This document shows, piece by piece, positions 22,393-31,842 of a stretch of DNA of 64,000 nucleotides. Within the stretch, counting starts at the first letter, position 1. Every line of letters begins with the position of its first letter. The position numbers were made by a program, and so were the translations under genes. Source of the DNA: an uncultured Acidobacteriota bacterium (GTDB taxonomy: Bacteria > Acidobacteriota > Thermoanaerobaculia > UBA5066 > DATFVB01); the NCBI GenBank assembly GCA_963813155.1, contig CAWEYG010000001.1, forward strand, positions 832,001 to 896,000, given 5' to 3'. The notes beneath the pieces were generated by a model. The model was not told the origin of the DNA. It searched no databases and saw nothing but the letters and a program-made list of their open reading frames with translations.

Positions 22393-25074
22393 TTACGGCG
22401 CCTTCGCTTCCCGGAGTTTTCGTTTCACTTCTGAAAACCAGTTGATGGTCATGTTGAGTCTTGTCTGCGCTCCGGGGTTTGGGTCCTCCGCGACGATGAA
22501 TCGTTTTCCATCATGGGCGACATCGAAGGCGAAGATCTCGTGGTTCTCGAACAGGGTACGGGGAGCTCCGGCCGCGAATTCGTCCTTTGCCGAGCTGACG
22601 GGAGCCGCGAGAAATTTCGTGCCGCACAGATAGAAGATCTCGTTTCCGGTCGGCGACCAGACAGGGACCGCCCCTCCATCGGTTGAGACCCGCCATTTCC
22701 TGTCCTCACCTGAAGAGGGCCGCACGTAGATCTCCGCCCGGCCGGATTCCTCCGACTGGTAGACAACCCATCGGCCGTCAGGCGAAAAGGATGCGGTGAA
22801 GGGGTCCAGAAACATCGACTTGAAGAGGACCTTTCTTTCCTCTTGAGAGGATGCGCCGCTCAGGCGGCGAACACAAAGCTCGTTGAGACCGTCGGAGAGG
22901 GTTCGGACATAGAGCACTTTCGAGCCATCCGAGGAGATTCTCATGGGGTCTTCCTCGGAATCCGACGGAAAGAGAAGTTGTGCGCTGCCGCTGTCGTCGG
23001 CGGCCTTCGAGAAGATCTGGTAGAACTTGTCCTTCTCGAGACCGAAATAGATCCGGCGTCCGTCGGACGACCAGGCGGGATCCTCCGCTCGTGCCGGGAG
23101 CGAGAGCGTCGTCAGAGAGAGTCTCGCCAGGTCAAGGATCGCCATGGAATTGCCAATGTTGATCGCGACCCGGCTCCCGTCGGGCGATAGAGCCAGCAAC
23201 AAGTATTCGTGATGGGGCACTTTGATCGGCTCGGCGTGTCCCTCGCGATCGATCCAAGAGAGCATCGATTCGCCGACGGCGGCGTTGGCGGGAGCAGTCA
23301 CCAGGATGCCGTCCCTGGAGAAATCCATCTGGGAAAAGCCGGCGGTATTGAGCAGGACGTTGCGAGCGACCTCCACAGGAGATCCTTCGACTTTCAATGA
23401 CCGAGTGTCGAAGGAGACGGCATAGAGCGCCCCGGCCCGGGCGTAGACGAGAAAACCGCCCGGCAGATAACGCGGGTAGGTTCCGCCCTTGATCAAGACC
23501 TTGCGCTCGCCGTTGTCGAGCCGCTCGGCAACGATTGTCGCCTCGTCCCAATCCGCGCCTTTGCCGATCGCATAGAGGAGGACCTTCCCGCCGGGTAAAA
23601 GCTCGGGCCAGCGATGCAGCTGTTCCCCCTCCTTGGTCCGAATCCGCGTCACCGGGGCAGCCGCGCCGCCATCCGCCGAGACTCGATAGATCGGCACGTA
23701 CATGTTCGGGACGAAATAGATCGATCCGTCTTCGCCCCAGGTGGCGCCGCGAAAGATCGGAGCGTCGCAGAGCGTGACCGGCGTGCCGCCGGCGAGCGCC
23801 ACTTTCTTGAGCTTCGGGCCTGCGACGAAGCCGATCCATTTTCCGTCGGGGGAGAAGAAGGGAAAGCTCCCGCCTTCGGTTCCGGGGATCGCTGCCGATT
23901 CCTCGGAATCCAGCGATCGCAGCCGAAGCTCTGAAGTCACGCCCTTCACAACGCTGTAGACGAGCCGGGAGCCATCCGGCGAGATCGCGAGGGTCCTCCA
24001 TTGGTTCAAAGCAAGACGCTCGCCTCCGCTCGGGAGAAACTGGGCCCGTAGGACTCTCTGCTCCCGCTCTGTCGCCCGTCGCATCGAGCCGAACAGAAAA
24101 AGACCGAGCAGAAGCGCCAGGAGCGTCGAGCCGGAGGCGATCCCCCAGCCAATCCTCTCCCGGCTCTTTCTCCGCGAGACAACGGTCGCGGGTGCTCCTG
24201 CCTGCGACCCCGCCTCGGCGATCCACGCGAGCTCGCTCTTGACATCGCGTGCGCTCTGCCAGCGGTCCTCCGGATCCTTGGCGAGGCAGGTCTTGACGAC
24301 GCGGTCGAGCGCCGGGGGCGTCATCGGGGCAACCGCCGAGATCGGACGCGGATCGTCCCTCAGGATGGACGGAAATCAGCGACACCCGGCTTGCCCCTGT
24401 GAACGCTTTTCTTCCGGTCGCCATTTCGTAGAGCACGCAGCCGAACGCGAAGATGTCGGACCGCGGGTCGGCCTCCTTGCCCTCCAGCTGTTCCGGCGAC
24501 ATGTATTGGAACGTCCCGAGAATCGTTCCTCTGCTCAGTCAGAGGGCGCTCGGCCTCCGTTGGCAGCGACGAAAGATCCGAAAGTTCGGTTCGTGAACCC
24601 ACGGCTTTGGCAAGGCCGAAGTCGAGGAGCTTCACGCCCGACTTCGTGATCATCACGTTGCCGGGCTTCAAGTCCCGGTGGACGATACCGGCCCGGTGGG
24701 CCTTGTCGAGCGCGTCGGCGATCTCGACACCGAACTTCAGGACCTGCTCGGTCGGGAGTGCCCCCTTCTCGAGCCTCTCGGACAGCGTCTGGCCCTCGAG
24801 TAGCTCCATGACGAGATACTCGACGCCCGTCGTGATTCCCCACGTCGTGGAGCGTGCAGATGTGAGGATGGGTGAGTTGCGAGATCGCCTTTGCCTCGCG
24901 CTCGAAGCGTGCTTTCAGGTCCGCGTCGGCCGAGAGGTGGGAAGGAAGCACCTTGATGGCGACGCTTCGGTCGAGCCGTGTGTCCCGCGCCTTGTACACC
25001 TCCCCCATGCCACCCGCGCCGAGCGGCGAGAGGATCTCGTAGGGGCCGAGGCGAGTACCGGCAGCGAGGCTCAA
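22393..25074 (-). CDS. STK3: Ser/Thr kinase + TM + PD40 propeller (type A); frameshifts ~24830, ~24535, ~24370
   Basis: Joins ORFs 24535-25074, 24360-24809, the N-part of 23132-24502 and 22393-24324. Confidence 0.88.
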
Positions 25075-25110
25075 GGATTCTCCTGTGGCGGGGATTCTAT
25101 CCTCTCAACC

Positions 25111-25213
25111 CGAACACCGCCGGGCAGGCCAACTTCCCCTCTTCGGATCAGCGGGATGCGATCGCGACGAAATTCTCTAGGCTCGAATCCGGGTCAAAGT
25201 CGGGCTACGGCGG
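25111..25213 (+). repeat. Degenerate copy of the tRNA-Arg 3' end plus its downstream flank (att-like)
   Basis: CGCCGGGCAGGCCAA.TTCCCCT..GATCAGCGG.ATGCGATCG..GAAATTCTC..CGAATCCGGGTCAAA..CGGGCTAC aligns by eye with 19628-19718. Confidence 0.8.
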
Positions 25214-25278
25214 GAAGAAAGCGGTTTTGGTTTCGCGCGATGAGCTTCTCGATCGTGGCCGAACACTTCGTGATTGAT

Positions 25279-26448
25279 CTAACGCCGCGGTTTTCTGAAG
25301 AAGTCGGCAAACGCCACTGCGTGCTTCCAGCCACCAGCCTTTCCCCATGAATTCGTCGCGATAGCGGCGACAAGATCCTCCTGCGGAAAATTCACAAGGC
25401 AGGCATTGAACCCATCCACACTCCCACACTCGTAGACCATGGTGCGGCCAGCCGAGTCGTTGACGACCCGCCACATCAGCGCCTGTTTGTAGGCCTCGTG
25501 ACCGGGCGGACCGTTTTCGCGGAACCAGAGTTTGGGGCTTGTCTGCGGAGAGAACATGGCTTTGACCGTCTCGGGTTTCATCAGCCGTCCGTGGTTGAGG
25601 GCGGCGCCAAGCCGGACGAGATCCTCCGACGTCGAGAGCATTCCGCCGCTGGCAAATTTGTAGGTTCGGTCGTAAACCGGGATCGGAACGGGCGGTACCT
25701 TGTCGATGTGATAGCTCCGCGCTCGATTGTCGTCCACCCGACCTGGCACGTCAAAGGACGTCCGCGTCATCCCGGAAGGTTCCCAGACGTTCTCTTTCAT
25801 GTAGGTCTCGAACGGAGCGTGAGTCGCCTCCTCGATTACGCCTTGCAGGAGATTGACCGCGTAAGAGGAGTAGAAGAAATACTTTCCCGGCGTGAAGAGC
25901 AGCGGGTCGTCCTTGAAGAGCGCGATGGCCTGTTCAAATGTGGGGTATGCCATCGTGTTGCCCTGCACCGGCATGTCGGGAACATCCGTATCGCGATAAT
26001 GACGGATGCCGGAGGTATGGCTCATCAATTCCCGGATCGTGATCGGGACTCCCTTGTCCGGGAACGACGGCACGTAGCGACGGACATTGTCATCCAACCG
26101 GATCGTCCCTCTCTCGACAAGCTGCATCACGGCAACGGCGGTATTGGCCTTCGAGAGCGATCCGATGTTGAAGACGGTGTCGCTGCGCGCCGCGACGTGA
26201 TTCTCCAGGTCCGCGACGCCGGCGCCCTTCGAGAAGACGATCTTTCCCTTCGAGGCAACCGCGGCTGTCAGAGCCGGCGTACCGCTCGTTTTCTGGACAT
26301 TCTCGAGGTAGGCCGTTGCTTTGGCTTCAGCGGCGGGCGTGGCTAAGGTAGCGGCTTTCGGCGCCGTGGCTAGACCGACGACAGGCGTGGCTAGACCGAT
26401 GACAAGGATGACTCCTTGCCGGAGCAGACGAGTCGAAATGGTTTTCAT
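25279..26448 (-). CDS. Secreted serine hydrolase (class C beta-lactamase/PBP-like family)
   Basis: Signal peptide; SxxK (GSLSK), LMSHTSGI, LLFTPGKYFFYSS. Confidence 0.88.
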   Translation of the reverse strand: MKTISTRLLRQGVILVIGLATPVVGLATAPKAATLATPAAEAKATAYLENVQKTSGTPALTAAVASKGKIVFSKGAGVADLENHVAARSDTVFNIGSLSKANTAVAVMQLVERGTIRLDDNVRRYVPSFPDKGVPITIRELMSHTSGIRHYRDTDVPDMPVQGNTMAYPTFEQAIALFKDDPLLFTPGKYFFYSSYAVNLLQGVIEEATHAPFETYMKENVWEPSGMTRTSFDVPGRVDDNRARSYHIDKVPPVPIPVYDRTYKFASGGMLSTSEDLVRLGAALNHGRLMKPETVKAMFSPQTSPKLWFRENGPPGHEAYKQALMWRVVNDSAGRTMVYECGSVDGFNACLVNFPQEDLVAAIATNSWGKAGGWKHAVAFADFFRKPRR

Positions 26449-26599
26449 GCAACCCAGTATACGGAGCTGGCAACGGAGCTGGCAGTGGCAGCGTCGATTC
26501 CTGTATTGCATTCGATCGAGAGCCCGGGAAATGCCTTCATTCACTGAGTTGAGGCTTCGTCAGCCGCCACTAACGTTCGCCTCGGTCGTTGAAGGTTTG

Positions 26600-26627
26600 G
26601 CGCGTTCGAATCGCGCCGGGCAGGCCA
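26600..26627 (+). repeat. Exact 28-bp duplicate of the tRNA-Arg 3' end (attR-like)
   Basis: Identical to 19614-19641. Confidence 0.9.
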
Positions 26628-26688
26628 TCCGCCTTCGCCCTGTCAAGCGCTGCTGCGCTTGACGAAGCTACGGCGCGATTCGCCCCGC

Positions 26689-29103
26689 CTACTTCGGCAG
26701 CGTCACCTTGAACTCGATCTTCGCCAGCTGCTCCGGCGCCTTGCCGATCTTGCGCAGGAACGGCAGCCAGCGCGGGTCTTTGTGGATCTTGTCGAACAGG
26801 TTCTCGGTCACGATGTCGCCGAGGCCGGGGTCGCCGTAGTCGACCGCCTTGTCGAGCCACGCGAACGCCTTGTCGGCCTCGCCGCGGTAGGCGTAGTTGT
26901 AGGCGATGTTGTAGGGCGCGTCCTTGTCGTACTTACTGATCAATGCGGCCAGAGCGGCGTCGGAGTCGGCCTTGCGCCCCAGCGCGTGGTACGCCATCGG
27001 CAGGACGATCATCTTGAAGTCGTCGCTCGTCTCCTGCTCGATCTCCGTTAGCGCGCCGGAGGCATCCCCCTTGAACAGCAGCGCTATGCTGAAGGGGGTG
27101 TGTGTGCCGCCATAGCCCGGACTCAGGCTCCGCACGGTGCGGTAGGAGGCGATCGCCGCGTCGAATTGGCCGGCCATGCGTTGGTAAAGAGCTAGATTGA
27201 AAAGTGCGTTCACGTTCAGCGGGTCGCGGCGGACGAGGGCCTCGTCGAGCGCCAGCGCCTCGCCCAGGCGGCCGAGATATCTGAGCAGTGTGGCGCTGTT
27301 GCGCAGAACATCCGTATCCGCCGGATCGAGCGCCATCGATCGATCGAAGTCCCGCGCCGCGCGGGGAAGGTCGTTTTCGGCAATCATCGCGATCCAGCCG
27401 AGACTTGCTTGGGCCGGCGCGTAGGTCGGATCGATCGTGAGCGCCTTCGTGGCTGCCTCGCGGGCTTGCGCGAATCTCTCCTTCGTGAACTGCGGGTCCA
27501 GGCCCGCCTCGTTGCAGAAGTTTGTGGATAACCCGTCCCACGCCGGGGCGTAGCGCGGATCGATCGCCAGCGCCTTGCGGAAGAGTGCGTCCGATTGCTT
27601 GAAGGCGTCTGCAGTGAACTGCTGTCCGAGTTGTTTGGCCTGAAGGTATAGCGCGTACGCCTCGGGGTTGGTCTCCCGTGCCTTCGGAGCCGCGCCGAGC
27701 AGCGTGACTTTCAACTGTTTGACCACGTCGGCGGCGATCTCGTCCTGGATCGCGAAGATGTCGTCGAGCTTGCGGTCGTAGCTCTGCGACCAGAGCTGCG
27801 TGTCGGTCTCGGCGTCGATCAACTGCGCAGTGACTCGCACCTGATTGCCGGCCTTTCTCACCGAGCCTTCCAGAACGTGCGCCACGTGAAGCTGCTTCGC
27901 GATCTCCGGGATCGCGATCTCCTTGCCCTTGAAGGAGAACGACGACGTTCGCGCCGTCACCTGCAGTTGCGTGACTTTCGTCAGCAGGTTCAGCAGATCC
28001 TCGGAGATGCCGTCGGCAAAATATTCCTGTTGCTTGTCATCCGAAATGTTCGTAAAGGGCAGCACGGCGATTGAGTGAGCCGAGACACCGGGTGCCGAAG
28101 CGGTCCCATTCGTCCCGGAAAAGCGCTGCTTGAGGTAGACGCCGGCGACGATCAAGGCGGCGACGATGGCCGCCGCGGCGACCACGACGACGGTGCGCCG
28201 CCGGGAACCGGTTGCAGCCGTCTGCACACCGCTCATGCTCGTGCTCATCGAGCCCGACGCCTCCGACAGCGCGAATACGATGTCCTTGGCCGTCTGAAAG
28301 CGATTGCCCGGATCTTTCTCCAGGCAGTGGCGGACGACGTGATCGAGCGCGACCGGGATGTTTTTCCCCGACTGGGAAAGCTCCGGCGGCTCCTCCTTCA
28401 GGATCGCCACGATCGTGTCGCTCGGCGTGTCCCTCTTGAAGGCCCTGTGGCCGGAAAGCATCTCGTAGAGGACCGCTCCGAAGGAAAAGATGTCCGAGCG
28501 GTGATCGACTTCGCGCCCCCGCACCTGCTCGGGCGACATGTAGCCCATCGTGCCCATGACGGTCCCCGGTTCGGTGCCTCTCGATTGCGTCGGGGCGCTC
28601 GTCTGTTCCTTCTCCTCGCTGTCCTCCGCTCTCTTGGCCAGGCCGAAGTCGAGGATCTTGACGTGCCCGTCCTTCGTGACGAAGAGGTTCTCGGGCTTCA
28701 AATCCCGGTGGACGATCCCCCGCTCGTGGGCGGCCGAGAGACCCCGGGCGATCTGCATCGCAAAATCGACAACCTGTTTCTGCGAGAGCGCTCCCGAGTC
28801 CAGGCGGTCCCGAAGCGTCTGGCCGGAGAGCAGCTCCATGACCGCGTAGGCCACGCCGTCCTGGTGGCCGTAGTCGAAAATCGCGAGGATGTTGGGATGC
28901 GAAAGAGCCGCGACGGCTTTAGCCTCGCGCTCGAAGCGGGCGAGCATGTCCGGGTTCGACGCCACCGCCTCGGGAAGCACCTTGATCGCGACGTCCCGAT
29001 CGAGCTTCGAGTCCTTCGCCCGGTACACCTCGCCCATCCCTCCGGCGCCGATCGGCGCAAGAATCTCGTAGGGCCCGAGGCGGGTGCCGGAAACTAGGCT
29101 CAA
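26689..29103 (-). CDS. STK4: Ser/Thr kinase + TM + TolB-N-like + TPR
   Basis: Intact 804 aa ORF; close paralog of STK2. Confidence 0.93.
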   Translation of the reverse strand: MSLVSGTRLGPYEILAPIGAGGMGEVYRAKDSKLDRDVAIKVLPEAVASNPDMLARFEREAKAVAALSHPNILAIFDYGHQDGVAYAVMELLSGQTLRDRLDSGALSQKQVVDFAMQIARGLSAAHERGIVHRDLKPENLFVTKDGHVKILDFGLAKRAEDSEEKEQTSAPTQSRGTEPGTVMGTMGYMSPEQVRGREVDHRSDIFSFGAVLYEMLSGHRAFKRDTPSDTIVAILKEEPPELSQSGKNIPVALDHVVRHCLEKDPGNRFQTAKDIVFALSEASGSMSTSMSGVQTAATGSRRRTVVVVAAAAIVAALIVAGVYLKQRFSGTNGTASAPGVSAHSIAVLPFTNISDDKQQEYFADGISEDLLNLLTKVTQLQVTARTSSFSFKGKEIAIPEIAKQLHVAHVLEGSVRKAGNQVRVTAQLIDAETDTQLWSQSYDRKLDDIFAIQDEIAADVVKQLKVTLLGAAPKARETNPEAYALYLQAKQLGQQFTADAFKQSDALFRKALAIDPRYAPAWDGLSTNFCNEAGLDPQFTKERFAQAREAATKALTIDPTYAPAQASLGWIAMIAENDLPRAARDFDRSMALDPADTDVLRNSATLLRYLGRLGEALALDEALVRRDPLNVNALFNLALYQRMAGQFDAAIASYRTVRSLSPGYGGTHTPFSIALLFKGDASGALTEIEQETSDDFKMIVLPMAYHALGRKADSDAALAALISKYDKDAPYNIAYNYAYRGEADKAFAWLDKAVDYGDPGLGDIVTENLFDKIHKDPRWLPFLRKIGKAPEQLAKIEFKVTLPK

Positions 29104-29125
29104 ACTTTCTCCTGTGGTGGTGATT

Positions 29126-31777
29126 CTATCCGACGAGTCTCTTGAACCTCGGATTCCCGCGCAGCGGATCGAAATCCGGGTCGATCTTGAGCCACCCCGG
29201 CGAGAGGTAGTACGGAATCTTCAGAAGCGGCTCGAGCGTGTCGATCGCCTTCTCGTGTTCGCCCGTCAGGATGTAGATGCGCACGAGGGAGTGCTGGAAC
29301 GTCGCGCCATCGATGGCGTCCACGGAGATCGGCCTCGAGAGGACGCCCTCGATTCCCTCGTGGATCGCTTCCTCCTTCCTTCCCGCCAGGGCGAGCGCGA
29401 CGCCGAGCGTCGAGTGCCGGCCCGTCATCGGCCCGGCCGCGGGCTGTTGCCTCAGCAAATCGACAGCCTCGGCCGCGAGCTCGCGCGACCTCGCCGCATC
29501 GCCGTCGAGCGCGCGAATTTCCGCGAGGCAGAAAGCCCAGAGCGCCCGATCGCCGCCAAATGCCGCAGGACTCGACCGCACAAGCAGATCGCGGTCCTCG
29601 CGATCGGGAACCCAGAAGAGGTCCCAGAAGTTCGCAAAGAGCGCCGCGATCGCGGTCCGATCGGCCTGCGGGCGCGCGTTCCGGATGACCGCCCGCGCTG
29701 CCTCGAGGTCGCCGGCCGAAAGCTCCGCCATCGCCCGGTACTCGAGGACCGGGATGTTGCCCGGGTCGAGTGCCAGCGCGCGGTCGAGCGGCGCCCGCGC
29801 CTCTGACGGGCGGCGCAGCCAGATGTACGTGAACCCGAGCCTCCGGTGGCTCAGGACGGACAGCGGATCGGCGCGAAGGGCGTCCTGGAGATCCCGGATC
29901 GAAGCATCCCACCGGCCGAGGGCCTGTTTTTCGACCGCGACCGACTCGATCGCGTCGGCGTTCGAGGGCGCGAGGCGGCGCGCCCGCTCGAAGAGCTCGA
30001 GGCCTCGGACGTTGTCGCCGCGCACGAGCCGCTCAACGTTCGCAAGCGCGAGATAGCTCTCCGCTCGATCGGGCGCGAGCGCGACGGCGCTGTCGGCGGC
30101 ATGATTGGCCGCAACACCCGATCCGACCGTCGGCGTCATGTTGACGTACCCCAGACTTCGGGACATGGCGAGGTGCGCCCAGGCGAGCGCGAAGGAAGGG
30201 TCGAGCGCGACGGCGCGCTCATAGTGTCCGATCGCCGTTCGGACGCTCTCTGCGTCGGTCCGTGCGATGAGCTCCTGCCCCTTCAGAAACTCGTCGTACG
30301 CGGTGAGGTTCGCGGTCGGCTTCTCCGCGAGCCTCTTCGCGTCCGCGCCGCCGAGTGCCACGCCCAGTTCGCTGGCGACCCGCGCGGCAATGTCCGACTG
30401 AACTTTGAACACGTCGGTCTGCGGAGCATCGAAGCGTTCCTGCCAGCGCGAAACGGGAGCGCGATCCTCCTTGACCTCCACGAGCTCCGGCGCAACCTCG
30501 AGGTTCCCGCCGCCGCCCGATTTCTCCGAACGGACCGTACCCGTGAGGAGGTACGCGACGTCGAGCTCGCGCGCGATCTGCTGCGGGGTTTTCGTGGTTT
30601 TCCTGTAGGGCGTCGAGCTCGCGCGCGCGATGACGGCGAGCGACGGAAGCGACGTGAGCTTCCCGCGCACTTCGTCGGCCACGCCGTCGGCGAAGTAGTC
30701 CTGATCCGCGGGGCCGAGGTTCTCGAAGGGAAGCACCGCGATCCGCGTCGGGCCGACAGGCGCGGAAGACGTCCGGTGCCGGGCGAGGAAAATGGCGGCG
30801 GCCGCAAGCGCCACCGCGAGCCCGAACACTCCGAAGAGCAGGAACCGTTGTCGTGGCGGTCGGGCAGCCGACTGCCCCGAGGCGCCAGCCGATGTTCCAA
30901 GTGCCGCCTGCGAAAGGCCGAATGCGATGTCCCGCGCGGACTGAAAGCGGTCCTCCGGTCTCTTTTCGAGGCAGTGCTGGACGAGCGCATCGAGGACAGG
31001 CCCCGAAGTCGCGGTCCCGGCAGGCTCAGCGGGCGTGGTTGGATCGTCGCGCAGGATCGCCGACATCGTCTCGGCCGCCGTGTTCCGGTGGAACGCCTGC
31101 CTGCCCGTCAGCATCTCGTGGAGAACCACGCCGAATGAGAAAATGTCGGAACGGTGATCGACGCGCAGGCCCTTGACCTGCTCGGGCGACATGTAGTCGA
31201 GCGTTCCCATGACGGTGCCCGGTTCCGTAGCCCCGGCGGGACGCCCCGGCAAGACGGAAGCCGTCGGCGCGCTCGTCTCCTCTCTCGTTGGCGGAGGCTC
31301 CTGCTGCTTGGCGAGGCCGAAGTCGAGGATCTTGAGATGACCCTCTCGGGAGATGAAGAGATTTTCGGGCTTCAAGTCGCGGTGGACGATCCCCTTCTCG
31401 TGGGCCGCCGCCAGGCCATTCACGATCTGGGTCGCATAGTCGATCGCGATTTTCTGCGGCAGCGCTCCGGAGTCGAGCCTGTCGCGCAACGTCTGGCCCG
31501 ACAGCAGCTCCATGACCGCGTAGGAAACGCCCTCGTGAGTCCCGAAATCGAAGATTGCGAGGATGTTGGGATGCGAAAGAGCGGCGACGGCCTTCGCCTC
31601 GCGCTCGAAGCGGGCGAGGGCGTCGGGGTGACGGGCGATCGACTCCGGCAGCACCTTGATCGCGACGTCGCGATCGAGCTTTTTGTCGCGCGCCCTGTAC
31701 ACCTCGCCCATCCCCCCCGCGCCGATCGGCGCGAGGATCTCATACGGGCCGAGGCGGGTGCCGGGCGAAAGGCTCAG
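29126..31777 (-). CDS. STK5: Ser/Thr kinase + TM + TolB-N-like + TPR
   Basis: Start placed at CTG (LSLSPGTRLGPY) by paralog alignment and RBS AGGAGA; motif RIAVLPFENLG; TPRs. Confidence 0.9.
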   Translation of the reverse strand: MSLSPGTRLGPYEILAPIGAGGMGEVYRARDKKLDRDVAIKVLPESIARHPDALARFEREAKAVAALSHPNILAIFDFGTHEGVSYAVMELLSGQTLRDRLDSGALPQKIAIDYATQIVNGLAAAHEKGIVHRDLKPENLFISREGHLKILDFGLAKQQEPPPTREETSAPTASVLPGRPAGATEPGTVMGTLDYMSPEQVKGLRVDHRSDIFSFGVVLHEMLTGRQAFHRNTAAETMSAILRDDPTTPAEPAGTATSGPVLDALVQHCLEKRPEDRFQSARDIAFGLSQAALGTSAGASGQSAARPPRQRFLLFGVFGLAVALAAAAIFLARHRTSSAPVGPTRIAVLPFENLGPADQDYFADGVADEVRGKLTSLPSLAVIARASSTPYRKTTKTPQQIARELDVAYLLTGTVRSEKSGGGGNLEVAPELVEVKEDRAPVSRWQERFDAPQTDVFKVQSDIAARVASELGVALGGADAKRLAEKPTANLTAYDEFLKGQELIARTDAESVRTAIGHYERAVALDPSFALAWAHLAMSRSLGYVNMTPTVGSGVAANHAADSAVALAPDRAESYLALANVERLVRGDNVRGLELFERARRLAPSNADAIESVAVEKQALGRWDASIRDLQDALRADPLSVLSHRRLGFTYIWLRRPSEARAPLDRALALDPGNIPVLEYRAMAELSAGDLEAARAVIRNARPQADRTAIAALFANFWDLFWVPDREDRDLLVRSSPAAFGGDRALWAFCLAEIRALDGDAARSRELAAEAVDLLRQQPAAGPMTGRHSTLGVALALAGRKEEAIHEGIEGVLSRPISVDAIDGATFQHSLVRIYILTGEHEKAIDTLEPLLKIPYYLSPGWLKIDPDFDPLRGNPRFKRLVG

Positions 31778-31842
31778 TAGGCATTCTCCTGTGGAAGGGA
31801 TTCTATCGTTCCAGCGGGAACGGCGCGGTGGCGGTCGTCCTC

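Larger units (their letters stand above)
19642..26627. mobile_element. tRNA-Arg-anchored genomic islet(s) bounded by a 28-bp direct repeat, no integrase
   Basis: GCGCGTTCGAATCGCGCCGGGCAGGCCA at 19614-19641 and 26600-26627; degenerate internal copy plus flanking homology at ~25111-25213. Confidence 0.7.

Noticed and set aside
22373-26580. GCGAACGTT (22373) and AACGTTCGC (26572) as terminal inverted repeats or integron attC halves
   Set aside because: Only 9-11 bp match, no complete attC hairpin and no integron integrase. The position near islet boundaries is suggestive but chance is likely; IntegronFinder would test it.
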